Positions 27,894 to 40,835 of a stretch of DNA of 64,000 nucleotides are shown piece after piece. Below the pieces are notes generated by a model. That model was not told the origin of the DNA. It saw only the letters and a program-made list of their open reading frames with translations, and did not search any database. This stretch comes from Basidiobolus meristosporus CBS 931.73 (taxonomy: Eukaryota; Fungi; Basidiobolomycota): contig MCFE01000170.1 in the NCBI GenBank assembly GCA_002104905.1, positions 1 through 64,000 on the forward strand, in the 5' to 3' direction. Each line of letters begins with the position of its first letter. Within the stretch, counting starts at the first letter, position 1. Both the position numbers and the translations under genes were made by a program.

Positions 27894-28690
27894 CTACAAA
27901 ATCATACACTTCCCGTGTGTACTGTTCTCACTGCTAACTTTGACGGTAAGCGCTATCCGCGCCGCTTGCTCAAAAATCTCATATACGCCTCGATTGCATT
28001 TCGCTGAGCACTCGGCGTAACGGGCAGCCTGGATCCTTCTAGCCATGGCAAGTCCCTGAAATGGTGGGAGCTCAGTTCAATAGATCCTCATGTGGTGTCC
28101 TTTCTCAACAGCACTAACCTCATCATAAGTAATAGGTTTCTCCTTAATTTTGGCCAAATTCCTTAATGTTTTCTCATCCTCTCTAAGGTCGCATTTCAAG
28201 GCTGCCAAAACAATTTTGACTCCCGGTGCATATTCGAGGATTTCGTCCAGCCACTTGCTCTCAATATTCTCCAGGGAATCTCTGCTTTCGACACAAAAGC
28301 ACAGTAGGATGACGTGAGTGTTTGAGTAGGAAAGAGACCGGAGTCGATCGAAGTCCTCTTGGCCTGAATGAGAATACCAGGTTAGTACATTGGTGAAGCC
28401 CTCCGTGAATCTCTAACAAACCAGCAGTATCCCATAAAGAAAGCTCAAGTGTCTTCCCATCCAAACTGATCTCGTGAACGTAATTTTCGAATACTGTGGG
28501 TTCGTAGGTCTTGATAAGAATAGGCAAGTGTTCTTAGTACAGGTCTGGAGTAGAAGGGAATATGTCACTGAAGTACCTCTGGAAAATAGCCACGGGTAAA
28601 CACATTGAGGACAGAGGTCTTTCCACAAGCACCATCGCCAAGAATTAGTAATTTCCGACTGGCTATCTTTGCCCTCAAGCAATTCGTCAT
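27894..28690 (-). CDS. RHO3: Rho3-type small GTPase, 4 exons
   Basis: [17 protein letters not shown]|[18 protein letters not shown]|[25 protein letters not shown], and C-terminal CaaX CMIL*. Three GT-AG introns. Confidence 0.93.
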
Positions 28691-30935
28691 ATTCGCTTTA
28701 TTATTAGTGGTGCAGTTTATTGGTAAGAGATGGAGGCGAACGTAGAGCTGTACACTTTATAAGTCCAGTGATTCCCCATGATTTCTCACTTATAACCGGA
28801 TTTATCCATGGTTTCTACGTTTCAATTGCCGAATTCTAAAAATGGATCATAATATATACACCATGCAAATATATGCGAGTGAGTTAATCACTCCAAAATA
28901 AAATTTACTCACAATATCCACTTTTTCCAAATTTGTATGTTCTGAACCAATCAGCAGGCCGGGGCATATGTTTACACTTCTTTCATTTGGATCAGATACT
29001 AGGCCATATTGGTATTATGAGCTTTGGAAGACTGCACAGCCTCGAAATTAAGTAAATTCCCCATAATTGGCCGATGGGAGGCTAGGTCAGCTCTTACTCA
29101 GGAATTCTATTGCTCTGTACAGTTTGAAAATTGGAAACATAGTATGAATGAGCTTTTACCATGACGGTGCACTACGCTAGTAAAGTGCGAATATAGCCAG
29201 CTTCCATAAGACTTGCTTCTGTCACGGGAGTGATAGGTATCACGGAAGTAGACACGAACAAGTCTCGTGGTAGGCCATGTGTCGTTCCATATTCGACACG
29301 GTAGGTTAAGTTCGATGTTATGACGGAAGTTACAATATTTTCCTCCCAATGGATAGAGTATTTCAAAAATCTTCTGATAGATGGCAGGAAGCTCAATTAT
29401 TTATTGACCTACGATGTCAAGGTTTATCGTAAGAATGCAGAGATCACTACCCGAAGAATGCCAATCCACAAGCAATGTTTACTCTTGACCAACTTGTGCA
29501 TCTCTGGTCATACATTAGTCATATTATTTTCACGATACTGGCGTTGATGGTTATCAGATCAAGATAAGTAAAGTGCTTGGATTTAAACAGTGATTGTGCA
29601 GGTGGCATTTTATGACTCAACAAAACCGTAGATCATTCATCCCAAATCATGAATAGTTTCGATTCTATTTTTGTTCATAGTTTGAAGTAATTGGCCCTTT
29701 GTGTGGCGCTGGAAATCAGGTGTGCTGGGCTGGTACAACACATATTTTAGGGTCGATTCTTCGGTAACGTCTATTGGTTGCTATTTTCATTTGCATTCCA
29801 CATTACGTGTAGAAGTAGCCATCGCTGGTAGAGTTTAGCCTCAGAGGCATGCATGCACTCATACTTACACTTCTGTGTTGTTGGGTTAAACCTTGACTAC
29901 TCAGGCATTCCCGAGGTACCATACCTTTACTAATCGTGCAATATATCTACATCAATGTAGTACTTGTTGAACATCTTGTCATGGCACACTGCACTCCTGG
30001 CTTCGACAAGGTGGTAATACAAAGCTATGAAGTAATATGTATTTTGCTATGGGCTCCCAAATATGGCGCCTCATGGCTGTCATATCTAGGTTCGGGAACC
30101 CTAGCAAAGCGCTCACTGGGAGACGCTAAGGAGGACATCAAGTTAAGGGCACATAAAGGTGGATGAATGAATGGCATCGCCCATTGTGGAAGTGATATTC
30201 ACCATACTGATGACTTCATGTCTTAAGAATATGTCTTTCGTTGGTTGAATAAGAGATAGGCTTGCACGTACTAGTCTATTGACCCATACCTCGGCCATTC
30301 AATACGTATACAGAATCAAGATTCCCTTCCAACTGATGATAGGTTCTGTACAGATTTGGTTATTTCGAGAGCCCCGTAAATCTGAGACATATCTGTCCGA
30401 AGGGTAAGACACTATAAATGTATATGAATTCTATATTACGCATTGCCGGCTTAGCACTGTTTTGGTAAAGGAGCAGTCCTGGATACATTTGACAATTCTC
30501 AATTGGTATATTACGTTTCACCCAACTCAGCTCTTTCGTAGAGATATTCCAAAATATTGTACAGATGGAGGCAGATGATTGAGTTAAAACTATAGCACAA
30601 GCGATATTTAGGTTCCAGCTTGCTCTCGATTGCATTAGATGCCAATGATAAATGCCGTATGATTCACTGGAATTGGCCTTTTGTCCTTGGGATTGGTCTT
30701 TGATGCTAGAAATTGCGGTGGATCCCTACCTCGTATCTGATATTGAGCTGAATGTTGGCATGGAAAGCACGTACATTCCAATCGTCCAATCTTGGTGCCA
30801 CCATAGGAGCTACAAATGGGTCAGAGTAAAACTGTGCCTCATATTGAATGGAGATTGGATGGCAACAAAAGGGATCTGGCTATAGTATAAAAGCTACTGC
30901 TGATGCGCCAAGCAGCTCTAATCAATTCCTCTAAA

Positions 30936-32613
30936 ATGGCTCTTAAAAGAACTACCCGGCTACTCATTCTCCTGTGCCTGACAACGATCTTCTTCTTCGC
31001 GGAAATCATTGTGGGATATCTCGTTGGCTCCATTGCCTTGGTGGCAGACTCCTTCCATATGTTGAGTGATCTGCTTAGCATTCTCGTTGCGCTGTACGCT
31101 ATCAAGGTAAAACCGACCAATATCGGACTCCGATGTGTTCGCCGTTCTAATTTCTGCGTTGTATCAGCTATCGAAAAAGAAAACCTACGAGTCTCACTAC
31201 ACCTACGGATGGCAGCGCGCTGAGGTTATTGGTGCTTTGATCAACGGTGTATTCCTGATTGCCTTATGCTTTTCCATCTTCATTGAAGCCATCCAGAGAT
31301 TCTTCGAGCCACAAGGTAAAGCAGGTTTTCTTCAGAACTCCGTCCTTCAACCCCGTGCTGATATAGACACTCTAGAAATCAAGGACCCTGTTTTGATTCT
31401 CATTGTTGGTGGCCTCGGGTTGTTCGTTAACATTGTTGGCCTTTTCCTTTTCCACGGTAACTCGTCTAGTTGATTTGTTGTTTTGAATGGTTCATGGAAA
31501 TACTTAACGCCGAATCTATCCCCAGAGCACTCCCACGCCGGACATTCACACGGGACACCCTCGCATCAAGATATCGAGAGTCCGAATTCCTACGGAACTG
31601 CCGCTCTTAGTCACCAGTCGATTATCCAAACTGCTGAGGAGTTTGCAAGATCCCAACACAGCTTGAGCGACGGATACACCACTGAAGATATCACTATGAA
31701 AAAAGCGGGTGAATATGAAGCGCCAGAGCCCAAGCAAAAGAGTGGCAGGCTGAATATGCATGGTGTCTTTCTACATGTGCTTGGCGATGCCCTTGGTAGT
31801 ATTGCGGTGATTATTACATCATTGATCATTTGGTTAGGATCGTTTCCTCAACGATTCTTGTTCGACCCCATCATCAGGTATGCGAAATACACCTTAGTTG
31901 CAAGTGGATATTTTGGACCAACCTTTTGGCTATTTAACAGTATATTAATCACCTGCCTGATCCTGTTCTTCACCATTCCTTTGGGTAAGTGTAAACTGGT
32001 GGTGTGCGGAGTGCCTTGATGAAATGGTTACTCATCTCCTTTTTCTACAGTGAGATCCGCGGCATACATCTTGTTGCAAGGTGTGCCTAGATCGATTCCA
32101 GTTGACGAGCTTAGGAGCAAGATCCTTAAGGTAAACTTTGCAGTAGAATGCACATTCAAGCGAGCCAGTGCTAACCTAAACCACACCAGATACCCAACGT
32201 AGTTTCACTGCACGAATTGCATATCTGGCAGCTCTCTGACAACAAAGCTATCGCGTCCGTTCACATTCATGTCACTAACGCTTCCGACTATATGACCGTT
32301 GCTACCGAGGTCAAGAGGGTGTTGCATTCTTATGGAGTTCACTCAGCAACCATTCAACCAGAGTTCCCCTCGGATAACTCGACCACAGAGAGTCTGCCCA
32401 TCAAGGAGGTAAGTTGATGGCCATTTAGGTATTCTTGTTTCGACGAGGCACTAACACCTAGCACAGGAGGCAAGCGAAATGACCTGCCTACTTAGATGCT
32501 CCTCCGAATGTGATGAACAGAAATGTTGTATTACCAGCTCTGCTCCCTTGATCAATCTGGATGATATCGATGAAACAGGGGAATCTCAATCTGAGGCGAA
32601 CCGTCACCTATAA
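30936..32613 (+). CDS. CDF-family zinc/cobalt transporter (Zrc1/Cot1-like), multi-exon
   Basis: ALVADSFHMLSD, TYGWQRAEVIGALING, His-rich loop HSHAGHSH, LNMHGVFLHVLGDALGS, HELHIWQL..IASVH..HSATIQPEF, and Cys-rich tail CLLRCSSECDEQKCC. Confidence 0.93.
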
Positions 32614-32923
32614 ATACGGTTCGACAACCAATGTGTTGTGCATGCTATTTAATGTATATTAAATTTATTTTCATGATTCGATGAAGCCACCTGTGGCTAT
32701 TTCCCATCGATTTAATATTGGTTAGTGGGGATATGGTTTGGTTTATACAAATAGTCATAGTGAAAGTACGAAGTGGCAAAGGGTTGGCCATGAAGTTGTA
32801 CAGGTCCCTCTCCGCTCCTCAACCATAGTGTAAAGCGATTCGATAAAAGTTAACGGGAATCAATAAAGTTTGATCTTGGCTACATTTAGCTGAAACCACA
32901 TATGTCCCTTTGGAGTGCAGTGT

Positions 32924-35624
32924 TCATAAGGAGTCGATTGTGAAAGTAGAACTGGCTCGTCGATGGAATCCCTGGAAGATATCTAGTTCCTGATCAAAGG
33001 CGGTGCGAAGCAATGATTCGCTACTCATGGTGCTGATTTCATCTAGACTTCGCGAGTCGAAAGCTCTGCAGCTGCCAGGGAGATTGTACAATCCTTCATT
33101 AGCCAATTGTTGGCGCAAAAGTATGTTTTGGGTGATCAATGACTCCACGCTTGGGTCATTACCGAAAATACGGCGAAGCTTTGCCAGCTTCTTTTGGCGG
33201 ATCGTCTTACTATCGGACAAATCCTCCAGAGTCTGATGGCTAAATCCAGTTCTCTCCTGTGCTTTAAAGGAGGACGGTGCTGAGCGTGCTCGGTCGTTGT
33301 CTTGTAGCTCGCCCTCGACCAATTGTAGGTCATTGTCACTCAGTAGAGCCAATACTTGTAGATACTCAATTAGCTCTTCAACCGACGGGCCTAGATCTTC
33401 CAAACCGGGAGGAGTATCTGTCCTGTTGGTAGGTAAGCCGTCAGTACTTTCGTCGACTATCATTTCGTTAGGCGGATGCTTTCCAAATACGCGTTCAAGT
33501 TTGTTTGCGCGCTTCAAGAGAATGCGCTTAATCTCCGGGGAAAGGGATTTCCTGTTCCTAGCAAGATCTTTTGCAGACGACGGCTTATTCCCCAGGGAAT
33601 CTTCCGAAGGATAGGTTCCTAGAAGTTGATAGAGTTTGATCAGTTTCTTACGTTTGGCATCTTTTGAGGTGGCTTTAGGTTGAGATGAGACGTCTGACGT
33701 TGGGCTAGCATCAGTAGCATCCAGCTGGGCATTTGTTTCGAAACAGCATTTGCCATTGATAATAGGATAAGTAAGAGCCTTGAATGTTGTCTGTTCGTCA
33801 ATCGATTCCCCAAGCAAACACCTGAGCTTCTTCGAACGTCTGGTGAGTACTCGACGCTCCTCCAACGACAGATCATTATATGTAGAGACGGGTAAAATCG
33901 ATTCTTTGGCGGACCCGTTACGCTCGGAGCATTCTGGTGGCAAGTGAACCTCTGTATCGTTGATGAGATTCTGGTATTCCAGTTGATCATTGGTTAGTCG
34001 TTTGCCAAAAAACCCTTCGAGCTTTTCAAGCTTGCCCAATTTCTTCTTTTTCTCAGCATCTGTCAATGTGTCAGAAGGAAGGCTGGTTGTTGCAATGGCC
34101 ATCTCTTGACTTGGGACATTCAGCGCCTCCTGTTGTTGGGTTAGTTCTTGTTTGGTCAGTCGATGGCCGAAGAACTTGGTGAGCTTCTTCTCGGACTTGA
34201 TTTTTCGACTCTTTTGCGCCAAACTGAGCTTTGTCTCGTTGCAGAAATAGTCCCCTCCAAGCGATGGGCATTCAGGGAAGTATTGGTAGAGGATGCGTCT
34301 TAGAATGCTTTCTTTAAACCAGTTGCTGTCGATGTTGCCAGCATTGGCCTGCAGGTCAGCCATTACTTCCTCGATCAGCTCCATGTCCAATACTTTCCCA
34401 ATTAACGTGTAACCTAGGGGTCGCATATAGTCAGCGGTCGTGAGCATTCATCTACACCGCTTATAATCGACCAGCCTACCTGCCCTGCCTTGCTTTGACC
34501 TCACTTTGTATGGGGTCGACTCCTCGAATCGTCGGAAAGTATGCTGCTTAAGCAGCTCATACACGTATTCCTGAGCCTCATCAAAGGTGGAACTCACTGG
34601 GATTCCCTCCTCAGAGGAAAATGATACAGAGATCTCGTTTTGAATGTCGTCGCAAAGGTTCACCTGGAGTGGGGCATCTCTGGCAACATAGGTATGATAA
34701 ATATACTGTGCAATATTCGGAACCAATGAGGCCCTAGCGTTGTGCAACAGCTCCACCTCAATCCAGAACAGTAGTTTCTCAATCGCGTATTCTCTCAAGC
34801 AGTACACTTGAAACTCCGACAGTGAATCTTCGTTCCAAACGGTTTCCTGAAAACGTTCCTCCAGGGATTTTGAAAATTGGTTGTAATGACTGTTTCTTGA
34901 CCTATGCAAGGACCATCCACTACTGTCATTATCGGAGTTCTTCCTCGTTGGGCGGAATTCTTGGTTAGTCGATATACGGAAACATGGTTGAATCAATTAG
35001 TTAAAAGGAAACGCATCAACCACTCAGCAACATCTCTAGAATACCTTCATATACATTCACCACCCTAACGATATCATTCATGTTGAGAACTTCCCCCACA
35101 AGGTCCGCAAATCGCAGTTCTACTTGGTCAACAAATAAAGAACCACAGATAAGCGGAGCCACCAACTTCGAAAATGGATCTCTCTCTTCGTACCCAGACA
35201 GCTGCGACACCGTCTCAATTCCCGGAGATTCGTATTTTGCGGTGCGACCAGCCGAAGTGTGCACAAGGCCAGATGAACAGTTGAACGCATACTCTGCCTC
35301 AATCTGTCTAGCCAGCACATCGATGGTATTGGTGCGGGAGCTTGTGACAGCAAAGCATTGGTTGTTCACCTGAGCATAAATTCGAATGTACGAGAAGATA
35401 TGGCTTGAGGTACGTTGGCAGCGGATCTTTTGAAATCTGGAGCGTTGCATACGCCTCTCGCTCTCCACAAGATGGTCAAAGTGCGCCTCTGTCGAGATAG
35501 ATGGCTGGGAGTAGAGTAGGGAGCTTCTCCCGCGGCTGATTTCCCTCATTTGCGAAGCATCAGGGGCCGTGGTGTGATTTTTGAGATGGCCATTTTCTTT
35601 GGTGGATTTTGGGGACATGAGCAT
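32924..35624 (-). CDS. RGS-domain protein (~850 aa, 3 exons) with an N-terminal ubiquitin-like-looking domain and six C-terminal KLxxxFG/LG repeats
   Basis: Three consecutive ORFs are joined by GT-AG introns (YE|EFRP; RA|GYTL). RGS signature FQVYCLREYAIEKLLFWIEVE..AQYIYHTYV..APLQVNL..FDEAQEYVYELLKQHTFRRF. Confidence 0.85.
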
Positions 35625-37024
35625 GATTAAATTACTGTAGCTTGGGGTAGAGAGGAAAGAAGTGGTAGTAATGAATGAGATCTATGAATAGTGATTCCAC
35701 ACCGACTCCAAAAGGATTATATGGTTCTAGCGCAGCCAGAAAGCCTTATTTGTCGACCGGAGTACAATACAAAATAATAGAACTTAATCAACAAATGCCA
35801 AAACGGTTAATAGCGGCACCCCTTCCATACTCCTAACCCCCACTGCTCAAGCATTGCATACCAGGCCTAGGTGACTTGAGTCAATCCAGCCGATGTGGCT
35901 GCAATGATCCGTCGATTTGCCTCGGAGCCTCTCGCTTGAGCTAGCGATGGAGATGCATCACATCCTAGGTTTAGTTGAAATTTGAGTATTCCGGATTTCC
36001 AGATGCAGTCAAGTCCCTACAAAGGAAGTTAATCTCCGACATTCCAATTTCTTCCATTGCTTTCTTGCTGATTACGGGGAAGGGAGTGCTTGAGTTCTCG
36101 CGTTCCACAAATAGACATCGCTTCACATGGGGCGGTTAGCAACCAACAGCCATATAGCCCCGCAACTCGCGAAGATAAATAAACACGTACCTCTTATTAG
36201 GATTGATGAACGTCACAGCAATCTGGCTGTTGATGCATGAGCGAATGGAGGCCGAATCCTTATCATCAGTGCTTTTGTAGGTACTCATCAAGTTGATGTC
36301 CGGCTGTAGTTACATCTATCCAATCTGGTTGGTATTGACATCAGTGGGTGTTCTAAGCGACCGGATTCCACAGAGGAATATGTATTCCAGCGGTACGGTT
36401 TGAATGATTCCTGGCGATATCTCCATGAAGTTTGATGTAGGGTTAAGGCATATCTGTATGTATCATCCAGCGCCACACTATCTATGCTATGATAATACAC
36501 TTGATTGGGTGCTGCTTTTTTGAGTAGCGTTACCGTCCAATGTTGCGGCTGTTTGAACGGATGTTGGACACATGGCCCAAGTGAAATTTGTAAAATGAGG
36601 GATTCACAATGACCTGGGAATTCCCTGCTCGTTGAAGCAATCTATTTCGGTTGCGTCATTAATTTGGCTAAATCCTAATGTTCAACAATCCCATTTCCTT
36701 ACAAAACGCTCAATGGCAACAATGGTAGGCTTATCAATTTGATGATCAGTAGCCACTTCAAATCTAATTCTTGATTACTAAACTTGATCTTATATAACTC
36801 AATACCAGTTCAGTATATAGCCTTTGTACCTTTCAAGAGTATTCTCATATAATATAGCGTCCTTTGCCCTAGGGCAACTCCCACTGTCTCCACCTTTCCC
36901 TATATTTATTCTTCACATTGCCATTTCTATCATTAATACTTCTGCTATTCATCATTGAGTAGTGTATCTTCCTGTTCTCTATCAGGTGAACTTGTCTATC
37001 AATAACCCGCAAATCTGATAATAC

Positions 37025-38386
37025 ATGATTGAGGAAATCGAGCACGATGCAGAATCGTCAGAGACACCGCTGCACCCGTACCAAGCAGGAATCCATTACC
37101 ACGCACCTATAACCCATTCCATCCCAAAGCTGAAAGATCCGGAGGATTATTACGCTTGCATTCAATGTGGGCTGACTTTTTCCTTTTTTCGCAAGAAGGT
37201 AAATACCTAAAAACGCACACAAACCTTTCGAGCCATTCCGTATTTACTTAACCCGTTTTCGTTCCGACCAATCTTTGGGGATGTAGTACCATTGCTATCA
37301 TTGCGGTAGGCTGCTGTGTGAGGAATTACTTTTCAAAATGCCTAGATTTAACCCCTTCTCATAGGGAACGTGCTTTGTCATTCGTGTACAAAAAACTCTC
37401 TTCCCTTACCGAAGTTCGGATACATTCAGTAAGTTGCCATTTTTGGGAGACCTATTCGAACTACGCATCTGGCTAATCAACTAAAAGGCCTGTCAGAGTG
37501 TGTGGATATTGTTCACGTCTTCTTGAGAGTACGTAACGTCACGACTTCTCTATTCTAAAGCTACATAGGCTAACGTGATTTCTGGTGAAAGTATCTTCCA
37601 TGGATAAACATAGCCTATCTCGACTATCTGTCAAAGCATTAAGGATGTATATCCATGCATATGACCTCCCTGCCGATAATATCATTGAAAAGGAAGATTT
37701 GGTGTCTTTGATATATGATAATCAACCTTTGTCTGAAGAGCGTGAAGTATACTTCCGTAACAATATTCCTGTTCCATCCCCACGACCTGTGCCTCGACAT
37801 TCGAGTAGGCAACGTGAGGAACTGTCAGAGCGGGACTTATACAACCTAGAATACATGCTAGCCCAACTGTACGGCTTTGACGACCTAAATCTGGGTGTAG
37901 ATGAATACTCGATCCCACCACCACAGCCACCGCCACCAGAGGTGCCGCAAGAGGTAAAGCCTCCATCGGTCCTCTCCCTCATTCGAGATAAAACGGATAT
38001 ATCGAAGCTGCCGATACAAATGTTAAAAGAGATTCTCTCGGACAATTGTGTCACATACTCGGGTGTGATTGAAAAGAGGGAGCTAGTGGACCGTGTTCAA
38101 AGATTAGTAGACAACTTTAAGGCGGAGATGTGTAAGTATTTCTGTGGAGCAACCAACATCCCGCCAGTGGCTAATCCTCCACATGTTATTAGCTGAATAT
38201 ACCCGCTCCGAGTCCGAGGATAGCCTTTGCCGTATTTGTTGTGATGCAACCATTAACTGTGTGATGTTAGAATGCGGCCACATGGCCACCTGTATGACAT
38301 GCGGAAAGCGACTCAAAGAATCCAAGAACGAATGCCCATTATGCCGGGAGCCCATCACCCGTTTAGTTCACGTTTTCCGTAGCTGA
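37025..38386 (+). CDS. RNF34/RFFL-like FYVE-RING E3 ubiquitin ligase, multi-exon
   Basis: Spliced FYVE ([14 protein letters not shown]|YHCYHCG..CHSC..LPKFG..VRVCGYC), two SAP-like helices ([17 protein letters not shown]; [17 protein letters not shown]), and C3HC4 [36 protein letters not shown]. Confidence 0.9.
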
Positions 38387-39536
38387 AAGCCGACCATCCC
38401 CAATGCATACATTGGTGTCTCACCTGTCCATGGTTAGCGTAGTGTCCAGTCACGGATCTTCTCGAGACATCAACCATACCACTTTGCGAAGTAGCTAGTG
38501 CTTCACAGACAACACATCTTTGGCTGTTGCATTTAATGGAGCCTCGACCAGGTTCGTTCATATTTCGATCCATTTTAAAGTATAGCGTAGGGCCGATATT
38601 AAACGAATATTTATATACAACAATAAACCATTCCTTGACGGATCATCAATCTATTGTGTGGAAGCCATTCTGGGAAGTACTTTCCAATTGTGAGCTAACT
38701 CCATTTGTCACAGCCACCTACAACCTGGGGATACGTATTTTCACCAAGCACACTCTTCCACTAGCCATGCGTGCGGCACCGATGTTCGGGAGAACGCTCT
38801 GAATTTGCGAGTGCCGTCCGGTGGTTGAAAACTAGAAAAGCTTGGTTTCGAGTGGATCAAGGGTGCAATCCAATCAGTTAACCCATCACAGCACTTCGAA
38901 GATTTCTTGGGAACCATGGTGCGTGAAAGACCCTGTGTTGAGGCAAACACAAATGACGCAGCATGAGTGCTACCCAGGAATGCCAGCGGGTGCCACTGGT
39001 ATACGCTAAACTGCGCACAGCAAACAAACTCTGCTATAGGGCAGTGGGCACATCACAAATTCGGAGATCAAACAAACAACTAATTGGATACGCAGCATGG
39101 TTTGAATTCTCACAAGATGTCCATCATCTAATAAACCCAGCTCATTGACATTCGCTCAGTGAGGTTTCAGGTTGATGTATCCCTCTTCACCGCTAATGTC
39201 ATCATGATAAGAGGGTATGAGACAGTCCATTGGGATTGATGAGAAACCTCGTCATTGTCAGGTGGGGTTGAAACAGGCCTATTTGCTACCAATCAAGGGA
39301 ATGTTCATTCTTGGGAAGAATAAGCCAATACGAGTCACCCTGGAACGGGTGACTGTTCCTTGAAATTGAACAAATGAACCATCTCCTTTATTCAATACAC
39401 TACGAAGCATCGACGAGGATATGGCCCACGAGACTGACTATTTCAACACACAAATGGAGGGGTCTTCGGAAAAGCAAAAGCGTGCCAGCAAGTAATGGCT
39501 ACTGGGTGGGAAGAGCGAGGGGGATATTTTATGGCC

Positions 39537-39872
39537 TCAGTTGACTCCAGCGGTCGAGTGCTTGGATTCAGAGGTTTTTGTGGGCCCACGCCGGGCTAGG
39601 AGCTGCTCGTCGCCGCAGAGAAACTCATCCATGGCGTGGTCGTACTCGTCATGCTCATGCGTGACGTACTTCGTTGAAGGCTTGCCAACCTGACTTTCCC
39701 TTTCCTTCTCCAGGCGCTCATAAAATACGGAGGTTTGCAGTTTGCGGGGGTTCTCGGAATCACACTCCCCATATCCGGTAGCAGAGAAGCGCGACGGGGA
39801 TACACTCAGGAGGCGAATTTGGGTGATCGGTCTCCCAACAAGAGAAGTTCTGAGGCTAACAATACAAGACAT
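39537..39872 (-). CDS. Small single-exon protein (111 aa) with a mitochondrial-presequence-like N-terminus
   Basis: Intact ATG-TGA ORF with gene-like CpG-rich composition. The N-terminus SLRTSLVGRPITQIRLLSVSPSRFS is Arg/Ser-rich and lacks acidic residues. Confidence 0.5.
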   Translation of the reverse strand: MSCIVSLRTSLVGRPITQIRLLSVSPSRFSATGYGECDSENPRKLQTSVFYERLEKERESQVGKPSTKYVTHEHDEYDHAMDEFLCGDEQLLARRGPTKTSESKHSTAGVN

Positions 39873-40835
39873 CTTCGGAAATTCACAATATCGCCGTGAT
39901 CTCGATGCGGCTTCGCCGTTATATACTTTGGGTGCCCAGTGGCCATTGGCTGTGGCTCTCTAAACCCTCTGCTGTCACATGCTTTTCATCATCCAGCGAG
40001 GGTAGCTTATTCGCACTTCCAGGATGTAGATACGTCATCTACGCTATGCTTGCATGGTTTTTTATCCCAATGTTCAATGGTTAATCTTGCCAATTCTAAG
40101 CACTTGACTCCTCTGGTCTTTGTGTGTTAAATCCCCGTCTCGATCAGCTTGTCCCATTGTGCATGCTATTGCACAATGAGGATCTCGTTTCAACCCTTTT
40201 ACCTTTACCCTGGCCAGCCAATGGATCCCCGAGCAACTCAAGATTTACCTAGTGTTACGTCGATGTCGGCCAACGCTGATTGGTACCGAAACATGCCACA
40301 CTGAAACTCGCCGGTTATGGCGCAATCAGACCCTCAGCGGCTCCAGAAGCAAGCCAATGCATGAACAGAATCCACAATCTTCCTATTTCAAGAAATCAAT
40401 GAATTCTTTTGGGAAGGGCTAATGGGTGTTTCATGTGCGGAGTGGATTGCAGATTTGGCTTCCGCGTAATATGGCCCTCGACTGAATCGCTCCTAACGGG
40501 AAACCTGTACTCGGGTGAGACATCGGTCGAGGGAATGGGAACGCAGGCCACTCGGCATTCATGGTCAATGGGACGGGGTGCTCCCACATTCACGACGAAC
40601 GGCTAGAAAGAGACGTCGACAGTCATGAGGCGTCACCTGGAGTCCCATTTCAAGATGTAATCCCCTATTCGTATAAACGCTGTTCATGCTGAGCTCCATT
40701 TATGACCACAATGCTGTTGAAACATCCAAAGGTGGTTCCATTCTCTTGATAATTGGTTTCTCCTGTCCATAGACCGCTAGCTCCCAGCACTGAACTGCAC
40801 GCTTATCCGGATCAGGCCTGTATCACTCAGCCTCT

